A DNA stretch of 64,000 nt, taken from the NCBI GenBank assembly GCA_015680685.1, contig MNCI01000807.1:175996-239995 (forward strand). Direction: 5' to 3'. The stretch is from Gnetum montanum (lineage: Eukaryota > Plantae > Gnetophyta). A model generated the notes under the pieces. That model did no database searches. It saw nothing but the letters and a program-made list of their open reading frames with translations, and was not told the origin of the DNA. The position numbers were made by a program, and so were the translations under genes. Shown in pieces: positions 12,549 through 25,501 of the stretch. How positions within the stretch are numbered: position 1 is the first letter of the stretch; each line of letters begins with the position of its first letter.

Positions 12549-13426
12549 TGATGACTCACATTTCTTGGTTGTGTCAACGAGGCTTCATAGATGTAGCCTC
12601 ATCGAAGAGGTTCCATTGACACAGTGTCTAACTTTTGGCTATAAATACATGTCCACCAACCTCATTTATGGAAATGAGATTTCAATAGTAGTGAAGCTCT
12701 TGTAGTTTGTTCATTTGAGAGTTAAAATATTTCTCCCAAGTGCTTGTAGCAGGAGTCATTAAGTGTATAAATATTTATTCAAGCATTGTTATACCTGAGC
12801 ATGATAGTGTGTGCAGTAATAAAGACGAGCTTTATGATAAACCTTACAGCACTCTGGATAGATTAAAGATTTCATTTATGCATTCAATGTTTTTAATTAA
12901 TTCATTCATTAAATGTTTTCTAGTAATTAAGCTAATGAAGTAATTAATTAAGATAAGCCAAATAGATTAAACACATAAGTATGACCACTTTGAGTGTAAC
13001 ACGTATTTGCTTGGTAATCCCAGCAACATTATTGCTTAATACGCCCAATAGTGTAGCATTTGGTAACCTAGTAGTGGATACATGGTTTTAAGATGTGTGC
13101 GAAAAGTGGAATCGAATGCTTATGTTAGGGTTGCTTAAATACTAGTTAATTAGTTAAATTAAATTAGTTAATTCAATTACTTTTATCTCCCTTTAAACAC
13201 CAAAATCATAAAATATAAAATGATAAAAATCAGATACCTCAATTACATTTAACCATACCAATGTACATCACAACCGTAATTGGGAAAATAAATGGCCTTA
13301 AGGCAAGGTTCACTACCTAAAAGACTAGTGCATCAGAAACTATAAAGTCTACTAAATTTGACTAAATTACTTTCGAATGCTCTGTGATTCGTATGGTTGG
13401 ATGTAGGGGTACCTTGCCACTTATCA
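12549..13426 (+). repeat. Element A 3' LTR
   Basis: tgatgactcacatttc...ccacttatca, followed by TSD attgg. Confidence 0.95.
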
Positions 13427-15917
13427 ATTGGTTGCCATCCTAGTATAAGTTTTCCTAAAAGTAAAACTTGAAAAACGTGAAGCTCTTTGTTTCCTTAATG
13501 TAAAGTAATGTGTAGTTAGTTGACTTGCGGTAGAGGAGAGTTCACTCATAAAACAAAAAATTACAGAATATAAGTGTTAAAATAAATCTATAAATTTAAG
13601 AATAAGAAAAAGAAACATTGCAATAATAATTTTTTAAAAAAATCTTAAAATCTGCTATTTAAAAGAATTTTTGTAAAAGAAAAATAAAGAATAAAATTTA
13701 AAATGAAAATAGTAAAATGAAAAATTTTAGAAAAAAAAATTTAAAATTTAATAATTAAATAACACCACCTTACCAAAGTCAAGACTTAAGTAAGGACTGT
13801 CAAAACACAAATTTGAAAATGGGACTGGGAAATAAGGGTTTTAAAAAAAATATTAAAAATGGGTGATGAAACCCAAAAATTTTCAAGAAATGAACTTTTA
13901 AGATCAAGAAATAAAGGGCTTGAAAATTATTTAAAAGGATTATTTGAAACAAGGGCTAAAAGTAAAAATTTTAGCAAAAAAAATTTAACAAGTTTTAAAA
14001 CAAGATCGGGAAACAAAACAGGCACAAGAAAAATGGCAAGAAAAACTGATATGGGAAAACAAAGGTTAGAAAAATGGCCCTACTTCTTGCATCAAAAGTT
14101 GTTGATGCATAAATTTTTGTAACACTAACACCTAGGAAAAAATTCATTTCAGTAGACTATCAACTAGGGTGCCTCCTATATGGGTATGAAAACATAGGAA
14201 TAGTCTAAGTTGGAAAGGGCTATGTGACATTCAAAAAGTAAAGCAAACTTGAAAACAAATTGGGAGAATTTAAATTGGATAACTATCCTTAATTCTAAGA
14301 CCTCATGAAAATACAATAGTTAAAAAAATTAAATTTTCCCTAGTCACCTACTAGTGCTACTAGTCTATCATTGCCAAAGGTGCCTACTGCTGGGTAGGGA
14401 AAACTTTAACCATCACCAAAAAGGGAGAGAGAGAGATCTAGCCCACTGTAATCGAGAGAGAGAGAGTAAGGAAGAAGAAGAACCTCACCACTGATTGCTA
14501 CCATCAACACTCTTTGCTGACACACACCTACAGGAGTGAGGAGATGCTGAAAGATCTGCTCCTACAACTGCAATCGCCACCACCACGTGTCGCTTAGAGT
14601 CACCACTGTTCATGTAGCATTGGCCACCCACCATTGGCTAGAAAGGGAGGAGACAAAGAGGGATGTTGCACTACTACCGACTCCTACTAGAAAGAAATTG
14701 CAACTGACTGCTGACTGCCATTGACTATGTGTTGTCGTGCACTACTCACATGCACCTAACTACCATCCATCACCATGCCTGTCATGCATGCATTATATAG
14801 CCCCCGTCTGATGAGCAGCATGTCGCTAGGAGAGCCTATTGCAGTGGCACTCATTGTTGCATCTCTAACACACGTAGATATGTCTACCATCAATGATATG
14901 CATCAACTGTAGCTATCGTTGTTCCTGCAACGTTGGCTACCTACCGTAGTCTACCATGCGAACCACTACTAATGAGCATGTGTTGGTCAATGTTCGTGCA
15001 TCAGATATCTATCACTGTCTACCTAGGAATTGCATGCTTACTACTACCCACCGTCTGTTGCTACAAGTACAGCCTATCATGAGTGTTACCAGCCACATGT
15101 CACCATTCTATCTACTTATCTAAGGAGAGAGAGGGTTGCCCATTACAACCTGAAAGAAAAAGAAACCACCTTGAGTTTCCCAATTAGGCCTGGATCCAAT
15201 GTTTTTTTATATATATAGCTTGCTCTGCCACCCTTATAGTCACTCCTTTGCCAATCTGAATGCTCACTACCATAACACCTGGAGTAATTTCCACCATGTA
15301 GCTCCAACCATTATTACAATGGTTATGCCCTACATAATGCCCACCATGAATGCCACTAATGCACGTTGGTTATGTAATGTAACGACCGCATGACCACCAC
15401 CATTGTTGAATACGTAACTCTCGATCACCGTCCAACACCACACAAAATATTTTTCCTTAGTGTGGATGCAAATACTACAATCAAAATGAAAAGGATTTTA
15501 GTAGAGGTAGATTTAATAACAGTGACATATATGAATTCAAAATAGTGTCATTTGCAACTGGGCTTTTTCACAGTTGTACTCTTCATAAATTTTAATACAT
15601 CCAAAACTCTATTCCCATAATGTACAACCCTTTTTTTATGATAAGATTATGAATGGATGTCAAAAATTTAATTACGTATTGATAGAGTTTTAAAAAAAAT
15701 TATGTATATATGTTAAATATTCTATGAAGCTTAAAATCTTTAAAAACTTATTGATGAACCTTGCAAACACTTAAAACTTTATAGTGGACATTAAAACCTT
15801 TATGGTTTATTATTTTTTTTCACCAAATTAACATTTATAAATTTGTAGTTGCTAGGTCATTGTTGAAGATTGATACTATTTATTATGGCCATGTGCCTAG
15901 CATGGGTAAGGTTGACA

Positions 15918-16497
15918 TCAACACCTAGGAACACCATCTACTATTGATCCTTTAGAATTGATGCTATCAGCTATCTGGGCTACAATACCTTGAAGATCAA
16001 TTTTATTTATATTCATATAAATTAATTCTTTGCCACTATGAATGACTTTAGCATCTATTTCATCTCTAAAATCAACAACATCTCCAGGATTGTTTTTCTC
16101 CAAGTAATAACTTGGGTCTTTTCAACTTCAGTGAACTCATAGTCATGATGAATGCTATCAAAAACAACTATAGTTGTCTTTTTTACAATAGAGTTAGTTG
16201 AAGCATCATCTTCCATTCTTTCATTATCATATTTATCACTGTCATCACTATCCAATATAATCTCTGGAACATTTGCAATATTTGTAGTCTCTTTATCATT
16301 TGTATGTGGATTATTTCTCTGAAGGTGCACTTGGATTTAAGGGTGGATTTTTTGTATTGCAATTCTACAATGTGAAATAAATTTCGTGCATCTATTTGTA
16401 GATTTGTTTTGATCTTAAAGTACCAATGAGCACATCTTTGGTAACACTACCATAATCTACTACACCAATTTGCACATGGATCTTTTGGCTTGTCATG
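15918..16497 (-). pseudogene. Unidentified coding-like fragment (acidic, low complexity) abutting the citrate synthase fragment
   Basis: Near-continuous reading [16 protein letters not shown]...IILDSDDSDKYDNERMEDD...EKNNPGDVVDFRDEIDAK with few stops and one frameshift; no family recognised. Confidence 0.35.
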
Positions 16498-16499
16498 TC

Positions 16500-16985
16500 T
16501 TTGCATGTAAAATGAAAAGTACATTTGATACTCTTGCCAACCTAGGATTTGGATTATATGATAAACTTCCAAGTGAATCTAACCTATAAAGGAAATTCTC
16601 TACATAAGAAAGGTTAGTTAAAGGCAACCCAGGTGCTCACCCTTTAATCCTTAACAAAATAGTGTAGAGATTGTTGGAATCTTCTCTAAAATGCACACAA
16701 TTTGCTTATCCCTCACTACCTTTGAATTATAAATATCTTGGTCCCTCAATGCTAAGTTGGCATCTAGATTATATGTAGAGAGAGCACTAATTACACTTGC
16801 TAGCATACCCATGGGATGAACATAATGTAGCATTCCTTGTATAGAATTCAATAATCCTTCTAGTAAAGCAAAATGTTGAGACATAGCAAATGCCCAATCT
16901 TTTAACTAAGATTCTGATGGAAGTTACCCATACATCAAAACATAAGCTACTTCAGTATATGTAGTCCTCTCAACTAATTCCTTTG
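16500..16985 (-). pseudogene. CSY: Intronless fragment of a peroxisomal/glyoxysomal-type citrate synthase
   Basis: [35 protein letters not shown]...[41 protein letters not shown]...[38 protein letters not shown]. This matches plant CSY2/CSY3-type motifs over about 160 codons with no intron. Confidence 0.9.
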
Positions 16986-18832
16986 AGCAAAGACACGAGT
17001 AGGTTATAACCCACTCTTTTCCCTTGACCAACTTCATCATGCAAGCTTGTTCCATTTAGTGGTCTAAATGTACCAATAGAAACACTCAGAAGAAGAGCTT
17101 AGAGCTTGTGTAGGGTGTGGTGCCCTTCAAACCACATTTTGAGCTTGTTGGGACCTTGCAGGGTTGAGAGATTTCACAGCAATGAAGCTCTCCTTACATA
17201 CCTTCAAACTTTATTTCTTCCAAAATTTATGTGGAATCTATTCTTTAATGATGATTCAGTTGGTGATTTATTTTGAACAACATGGATTTCAAAGGAGTTT
17301 TAGGTCGAGGAATGAAACGTTGGCACATTTTGGCCATTTTATGGAGCAGGAATATGATATCAATAGAGATGGCAAAATGATATATAACAATAAAAAAATA
17401 TGCATTTGAAGACCATAAGTAACATTGCCTACTAATTTTTGGAAAATGATCCATTTAGTGTTGCCCTTTTGCTTGTTATATTCATGTAGAGTGTAATTAT
17501 GGGTATGAGATGAATTATTTCTTAGTTCTCATTATCTCTAAATTGTTGAGTAAAAATGGATACATAGGCAATTAAAATTTCTTTTTTCTTGAAGTTAATT
17601 TAGCATAAGCCTGTTACAAGTCCTTATGTTTGAGGATGCTAGTGAAAGTAATCAACTTGGAATAAGAATTTTGATAAAAAAATCATGACTAAAGTTGTTT
17701 TTACAAGATTATAGTTGGAAAATGCATTAAAATGTTATCAAGGGAAATCCTCTGTGACTAATTGTTGGAGTTATACTCTGGAAAGTGAAAGAAAATAGTT
17801 GAAACTAGGGAATAATGAAGGTCTGCAATTGATTTATGAAATAATATCCAAAGTTACTAGAATAGCAATGAATTGGAAGTTAACATTATTAAACCAAAAT
17901 CCTTTCTCTAATAAGAGCAAAAATAATTAACATTGTTATTCATTTTAATTATTTTTATTACCTGAGAAACAACATCTACTCAAGGTAAAAAATGGCTTTT
18001 TACCAATAACATCACATCATGGCTCTTTCCTACACAAATCATCAAAACCAAAAAATTCCTCACTCACCTACACATGGAAAATTCAACAATAATGACTAAA
18101 ATTTCCAAATGAAAATGGATAATCCTAATGCACGGCAGTGTTGGTAGTATGGCCAGGGTAAGCCAAAAAACATAGAAATGTGATTAAACATTCAATGGTG
18201 GTTCAGTTCGACCATAGAGGGCCAATTGCAAACCCTAAAAGAAATAACCAAACAAGCAAAATGGGCAGTTCAAATTCCAATGTTGACAACAACGGTGGAG
18301 GCAATGCCAACACTAGGACCATGATGGCTAAAGATGTGATTTTCCTCCAACAACAACGAAGCTGGAAGCACTAGTATATGCATGATAGAGATGAGCCAAC
18401 AGGTGGAGATCAAAACATTTCCACAATCACCAAAACACAAAGAAACATCCTAGGGGTGCTGGATGAGGCTACAAATCCAACACGTGCCTGCTCATCATGG
18501 TGACACCACTCCTACTAATGGACAATGTAGTAGCAAGGTAATAGACAATGCGGTGGTGAAGGCAATGAGGTGATGGACAACATGATGATGAAGTCAATGA
18601 GGCAATAGTGATACAATGACAATAAACCCTTATGCCCAAACTAGACCAAGAAAAATAACATTTCATATTTCAAGTTCAGAGCTATGGTGAAGTATTATTA
18701 AATTACATTACATATATCATGGTGATTATAAGTGATAACATAAGTTTGAAGAGGTAATATACACACAAGTGGCAAGGTTATAATTTAAAGAGGCAAATCT
18801 ATTGAGCTTTATTTGTTCAAAATAAATTTCCA

Positions 18833-19730
18833 TGTAAAGGTTTTACATAAACCTAACTGAATTTCCTAAATATTTGTATTTGAAAGGATACTTGCCAATT
18901 ATGGCATATATTTCTCCAATTTTTGTAACTTCCTATGATAACTTTGATGATATTTGTTACCAAGGAAATACTTTGCAACCCTACTTAAATTTCTCATAAT
19001 CCCCATGGAAACTATAACTCCTAAGGTGGTTATAAATTTGTATGCCTAAGATATTTGTAAGCCCCATAACTCCTCATGATTATTGTAACTACCTTAAGGT
19101 CATTATAAAAGAAGCTTCAAAGGTAAAATTAAGAGGAGGAAGATTTGGGAAAAGACATTTGAAGAATTCTTCTAAGATGGCTTGCTAAAGACATTAATTT
19201 GACTACTTTGTTTTAATCTTGTGAGTTCATTTCTTCTCATTTTGTTTTAGTTACTTAGGTAATGGTTTAGATAATGTCATGCTTGGAAATTAATTTTGGG
19301 ATTTATCCTAGATTACTTTTATAGCTCTATTTTTTTTGCAATATTATACTTCTATTAGATTAGCCATAGAAAAGCTTATGTTGTTAAAAAGCCTCAAGAG
19401 CAATTTAATAGTAATGTCTTAACAAAATTACCTATTTTGAGCATAGAGAATCTAGGAAAATCTTTGGTATTTTTGGATGACTAGCTTCATTACTTTAAAG
19501 TGTATTGCATTAGTATTTCAATCAAGAAATTGTTGAATTTTTGGAGTTCTATTGAATACAATCTTTAACAACTAATAACTAGCCAAAATAGAAGCTCGTG
19601 ATTTATCGTTTACATAGTAATTTTTAGTAGTATAATAAGATTGTCTTTTATGAAATTTCTTGTTAGGCTGAGGAAGTTTGGACAATTTATAGTTATTGAA
19701 TTAAGGATAACTTTATTAAGAAGTGTTTAT
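18833..19730 (+). repeat. LTR-like dispersed repeat, truncated by the LINE; homologous to 39075-40025
   Basis: Colinear similarity, e.g. ttctaagatggcttgctaa / ttctaagaatggcttgctaa and gagcaatttaatagtaatgtct in both; TATA-like tataaaa near 19105. Left boundary approximate. Confidence 0.7.
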
Positions 19731-19750
19731 TTATTTATTAATGGGGAATA

Positions 19751-21200
19751 ATGGACCAACTAGGAAATGACAAGAGTGGGAGCAACAACCAAAATAGGAG
19801 TCGCGGTGGTGATAGGTATGGAAACAACAGTGATGAGAGTGGGAATAGTAGCAGGAGTGACCGTAGGAATGGCTATTGTAAGAGGGAGTGTTGGCAGGAC
19901 AATGGATGGGCCTATGCATAGTCAGGAAAATGTGGCAGAGGGTGCACAAGCAACAAGGGTTTGAGTGCTCTCGTAGGCGAGTACTGGCACCAGTTTTGAC
20001 AACTGCGCATAGGATAGAGTAGTCATGCTAGTTAGGGTTGGACATCTACTTGAGGAGGTGATGTAGGAACTAGAGCAAAGTCTACTAAAAAAATTTATCT
20101 CTAAGGGAGTAAGGTTGTGGATGGATCTAATTCAAAAATGGATCTAAGTGACATGGGGATTGGAGAACATCCGCATTTAGAGTTTGGCAAATGATCAATT
20201 GCTATTCATGCTTTCAACAATGGAGGAAAGGGATAGGATGCTACTAGGGGATTCATGGTTTTATTGAGCCCACAAACTAGCCCTAGCTCCCTAGAGACCT
20301 AGAGAACACCATGATAAATGCCTCTTTAATCAAGCATTGGTCTGGATTTGGTTGTTTGATTTGTCATTAGAGTACTAGGAATCGAGGTTTCTAAAGTCTC
20401 TAGTGGGGATGTTTGGGGAATTTATTAAGTTTGATGCATTTACAGAGCTCATGGACTAAATGGGGTATGCCCATTTCTACATGTGGAGGTTGCTACGGTC
20501 AAAGGATAGAGTTGCGAAGGTCATGTTGGACATTGTTAGTAGGGAAGAAAAGATTCACGTTAAATTTAAAAACCTACCAATGATGCACAAGGAGGAGCCT
20601 TAGGGGTGCACGTTCTATGGGAAATGGCACTCAAAATCCAAACACTACCAAGGACCAACTAAGGTCACTCAAGGCTAGAGTCTTGTGGGTAGGAAGGGTT
20701 GGACCTAGATGCAGGGGTCAGTTTCAACGAGAGAGGAAGGGCCACAGGCCAAACACCCACATTCTCAAACTATAGTGGGAGTAGGGGATGCATAGCAATT
20801 GATGAAGGAGGACCTACTACCTTAGGTGAAGGAGGATGTGGCATACCTACTACCAATGAGTGGCACAGTTGTGAAGTCATCTGTGGGGTGGGGCATGAAG
20901 GAGGTCCTTGGCTCTCCCCGCACTCCACCAAGTCTAAGGACTATCATGTAGTAGGTCTCAGCACTAGAATTGCCCCTATTGAGGGAGTGGATTATAGTGG
21001 ATTGGGGCTCTACCAAGCCAAAAATGTAGGACATATAGCCCAACAAGTAAAGGAACTACTTAGGGTAGTGGTGCTTAGGCTGAACAACAAGATTAGGCAA
21101 CCTAATAAAACCATAGTGTGCAAGAAATCCATGCAACGGGATTTGGACTTGGGGGTGTGGTGAACACTGCAAGGGGTGTATCATTGACATGTTTCTACAT
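19751..21200 (+). pseudogene. LINE ORF1 (N/G/R-rich N-terminus, DUF4283-like)
   Basis: ...LANDQLLFMLSTMEERDRMLLGDSWF...LVWIWLFDLSLEY*ESRFLKSLVGMFGEFIKFD... Confidence 0.75.
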
Positions 21201-21204
21201 CCCC

Positions 21205-24200
21205 ATGAAGATCCTCACTTGGAACTATCAAGGCCAAGGTACCCTATACAAAAGAAATACCCTACAAACAATGGTTAGGAAGGCAAGTTGCAAGGTGGTT
21301 TCTTTTACAAAAAATAAACGTCCAAAGGATCGAAAGGAAGCTACTGATCTAGGAGGGATGGACAACCCAAATGGTGCCTAGCAGGGGATGCATAAGAGGT
21401 CTAGCTATTCTAGCCAAAATCCTAATTAGTTTTGTGGATGACTTTGATTGGAGTCAAACTATGTACGTGCCACAAGTGGATCTCTAGATAAAAAATTTCT
21501 ATGGGACGCAGAACTAGGAGATTCAGGTCCAAGAACTTAGACATGTGGTTGGTGTCATCCCCAATATTGCTAGATGGATGTTGCTAGGGGATTTCAACTA
21601 AAGGCTCTATTACTGGGAGAAATCTAGAAAGGATTACATTGATCCATCATGGGTTGAGGCATGCAGTGAGTTTCTTTGTCAATATGATCTGGTTAACTTA
21701 GAGATCTTAAGGTGTAAATTCATTTGGAGTAACTATTGAAAAGGCATTGATCGCATCCAGTCCAGGATCAATCAAGTATGAATGAGTAAGTGCCTCATGC
21801 TAGAGTACAACATCATGGTGAAGGGAAAGGAGTGACACGCTTCAAACCACTGGTCCATTTTGTGCCAATTCCAATTGGAGGAGAGCCAAAAGCCTAGGCC
21901 ATTTAGATTTGAGCAGGCTTGGCTACACAAAGCCTGGATAAAACTAATGGTGGTGGAAATCTAGAAAAAATAAACTATGACATAGGAGCCCTAATAGTTC
22001 TTAAGGCATGGTCTGTGGATGCTAAAAAATGGTATCAAGGCTAGAGCATTAGATGATAAGTACAACTTTCAAGGGTACAAACATTAAGTGCAGATCGAAC
22101 TATGGGAGATCCAAAGGTTGCAGGAAGAGGGGACAACCTTGGACATTGAAGAACAGGAGTTGCTTAGGGAACTCCAGGAGCTGCTTAGGGAACTCCAGGA
22201 GCTTGATAGGGAGGAAGAGAGCTACTGGAGATAGTAGTCAAGGGTGACTTGGTTGCGAGAGGAGGACAAGCATACACAATTCTTTTTTGCCACAACCAAA
22301 CAAAATAGGGTCCACAAGAACAAGCTCTAGTGTCTACTAGAGGGCATTGGTGGGGGAGGCCCACAGAGCAGCAGGAGGGGACTAGACACCTTGTAGAATT
22401 TTTGGAGAGACATATGGAGGTGGTAGGACATAGAACCAATCTCTCTTCTAATCATAAGAATCATCACAAGTGTTGATAACTCTAATTTATTATGTCCTTT
22501 CTCACAGGAGGAGCTACGGTGAGCTTTGAAATCCATGCAGTCCAATAAGGCTCCAAGACCATATGGATGGCCAATTAAATTTTTTAAGGAGTATGAGGAT
22601 CTCGTGGGATCCAATCTACTAGATTCATACAATAGTATGCTCAGTTGGCAGCAAGTTAGGAGGGAGATCAACTACTTAAGGGTGGTGTTACTTCCCAAAG
22701 TCCCTAACCCAACATCACCAAGAATTTTTCAACCCATTGGGGTATGCAACATGTTACTACGTGTTTTCTACAAATTGCTAGTTGGCTGCCTTGTGCTACT
22801 AATGGGGAAGTTGATTAGGGAGCATCAGGCTGGGTTTGTTAAGGGCTGCTATCTATAGGACCAGGTGTTACTCTTGCAAGAGATCTTCCACTAAGTTAAG
22901 GTGGCTAGATTCCCAAGTATGTACATCAAATTGGACATAACCAAGGCCTATGACACTATGAGCTAGGTGGCACTCAGGACAGTTATGATGGAGAAGGGAT
23001 TCAATACAAAGTTTTTCAATCTCTGAATTCAAATGCAACCAAGTGGTTGGTATTCCCTTCATGTCAACAAGAGGCTATGTGGGTTTGCTAGAACAAGACA
23101 TGGACTGAGGCAAGATGATCCATTGTCATTGCTCCTGTTTATCATTGTCATGGCCTTGTTCAAAGGCTATCACCTTGATGAAGGTGTTCAGGAACTGCAA
23201 GTTGTTGAAGTGCACAATGCCACAGCTCATTATGAAGATGATACAATGGTGTTTTCCAAGGCTACGATGCCATAGGTTGTGGCATTGTTATGGGCAATGG
23301 AGAGGATGCAATGGGAGGTAGGTCTCAAAGTCAATAAAGGAAAGTTAGCCATTTATTTCACTCACATAGATGGAAGGGTGCAAGCCAAAATCATACAAAT
23401 GTTAGGCATTCTGCTAGGCCAAGCCCATGACACATACCTGGGAATGCCTATTTTTTATTGGAATAGGCAAGGGACTTGGCAGGGATGGGTGGAGCAAGTC
23501 CATAAGTGGTCCACACTTTAGACTAATTTTTTTCTATCTAGGAAATGGAAGATGGTGCTAGCTACAACATTCTTTATGGTAATTACCCAATTTACAACAT
23601 CTATAGCAACACCTTTGGCTACAGTAGTACAAAAAATTGATAACATAGTGAGGGAGTTCATGTGGTCATGAGGCAAAGGGGGTAGGAAGATGTACTTGGT
23701 GTTGTGGATGGTCGCAACACAACCTAAACTGGTGGGGGGCATTAGCATTCTAGGGTTTGAAGATGAGATGGCATTGGTAAAAATGTCTATTGAATAGGTA
23801 CATGGGGTAGATTGAGGGAGTAACATCATGGGTGCAAATGCTACACTAGAAATATCAAAGATGGGAGGTTCAGCCAAAGTGCTCCTAACTCTAGAAGAAT
23901 TTTTGCCACCATGTTATGGTGGTGGAATAGCTTGGATTATTGGGGAAGCACCCAAAGAAGCTAGTTAAATTTTGGTACTCAGAGGAAGAGGGGTGGGTAG
24001 CAATTTGGAAGGGTTGTCTCCCTAAAAAGGTCAAGGAATTCAGCTAGTTGCTCAAACATAGGGCACTACCAATGAGTGCCACATTCAAAGAGGGGAGGAT
24101 TCACTTGAAAGCCAACTATCCATGCTACCAGGAGGCACTTGAAATGCTGCATCATCTTATTTCTAGGTGTAGGTTCTCTCAGTAAGTGTGATTGGTAGCA

Positions 24201-24350
24201 AATATCTCTTCCACTGCAAATTTCCATGGGGACTCTTTACAACTTGCTACCTTGTGGATCCTATGGAAATGGAGGAATTCCCTAATTTTTGGGGATAGCC
24301 ACTACCTACAACCACAAAAGTGGTTAGAGAAGTATGGGTGCTATAAAAGG
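21205..24350 (+). pseudogene. LINE ORF2 (APE endonuclease, reverse transcriptase, zf-RVT)
   Basis: MKILTWNYQGQG, LLGDFN, RPFRFEQAWL, KAPRPYG, QAGFVKG, KLDITKAYD, GLRQDDPLS, YEDD (23231), IWKGCLPKKVK, LWILWKWRNSLIF. Confidence 0.92.
22154..22201 (+). repeat. 21-bp in-frame tandem duplication in LINE ORF2
   Basis: caggagttgcttagggaactc / caggagctgcttagggaactc; reads QELLREL-QELLREL. Confidence 0.9.
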
Positions 24351-24355
24351 AGGCC

Positions 24356-25501
24356 ATGGCACAACACTTGCTTTTTGAACCATCATGGACAGAATCCTCT
24401 AGTCTGCCTGAATTATGGATGCTAGTTGAAAGGATGGGATGGGTGGAGATGCTCAAACACTTGGAAGAAGAACTGAACTTGCCTACTCAGTAGTTCTATG
24501 ATAACTAGGTGGGAGACACTACATAGTACATGGGCAGGAGGATAGAAGTCATGGTACAAGCACTTGTTGCTACACTAGGGGTGGAGGATGTAGGGAAAAT
24601 CATGGCTTTGATTATGAAGGCACAAAATGATGCAAGGAAGTTCTTCACAAGACACATTCCCAGGATTCCTACGAGGTACATCTGAAAGTTTAGATTATAA
24701 GGGATCTGGAGGAATGTCGTGCTCCTAGTGGAGCAGTATTTTATGCAATCCAAGTGCCCTCACAAACTAGTGGGGGTGCATTTCACTTTTCTCAAGCACC
24801 TTAGGCATGGCTCCCTGGTTAACCTATCCCATTTTTTCTAGGAATCTCTTCGTAAGAGGTGGCTGGGGCAACAACCTAGGATGATCCTTACACTATGGCA
24901 CAGGGGTGTGTTAATCATTCCCCCAATATCAATGATCATGTACCAATGGCAATGATCCAAAGGGCAGTCAACCAAGGCACAAGTGTAGAATAGTCAAGGC
25001 CCTAAGGTGGAGGATGCTAACGCAAAAACATTCATAGCCATGGAGCAAGCATAGGAACGACTATTGGAACACTGCCGCCTGGTAGTCGAGTAGGTGCGAT
25101 TGGAAGAGCAAGCACAATGGCGACTCTAGTGGGAGGACATGAGGTAGGAGACCTAAAGAGAAGTGAATGAGTCACTCCTATAGGACCTCAAGTAAATGGA
25201 AGCAATGATTTCAAGGCACTTGAAAGGACTAGCACAGCTTAGAGTAGAGAACTAGCAACTAGAACTTGGGCTGGGATCAACGGGACAACAAGTTACGACT
25301 AGCACAAACATGTCAAAGACCTCAACTACAGTTGAGAGTTTGAGGTCTAGGTCATGGTTCGCTGAGACTAGGAGATGCAGTGCTTCAAGGCTGAATGCAA
25401 TCAAATATTGTTGCAGTCATGCTGATAAGGGAAGGGATGACCTTGTCATTAAGGGGTGTAATCTTTCATGTATGTCCCCTATCCTTGTGAACCGAGGTTG
25501 A
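24356..25501 (+). pseudogene. LINE ORF3: plant-transposon accessory domain plus coiled coil
   Basis: One frame from ATG 24356 to TGA 25501 with no frameshift, interrupted only by stops mostly explicable as CAG/CAA/CGA/TGG transitions: MAQHLLFEPSW...LVERMGWVEMLKHL...*FYDN*...MGRRIEVMVQALVATLGVEDVG...HFTFLKHLRHGSLVNLSHFF*ESL...LWHRGVL, then heptad repeats. Confidence 0.7.

Larger units (their letters stand above)
640..13426 (+). mobile_element. Element A: full-length degenerate Ty3/gypsy LTR retrotransposon, Athila lineage
   Basis: Two LTRs with TGATGA...TCATCA/TTATCA ends, TSD ATTGG at 635-639 and 13427-13431, tRNA-Asp-type PBS, gag-PR-RT-RH-IN order, RT motif VFMDDF, extra 3' ORF, PPT. Confidence 0.95.

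Noticed and set aside
15885-15930. Helitron 3' end (ccatgtgcctagcatggg...ctag) explaining the gene fragments
   Set aside because: The hairpin is imperfect, its spacing to CTAG is long, and the fragments would lie outside the element.
14400-18660. Pack-MULE-like inverted arms (14400-15450 and 18100-18660) around the gene fragments
   Set aside because: Only scattered short matches in low-complexity decayed DNA; no TIR or TSD definable by eye.
24340-24350. TATA box for LINE ORF3 (ctataaaagg)
   Set aside because: Only about 15 nt upstream of the ATG, too close for a normal TATA-TSS spacing.
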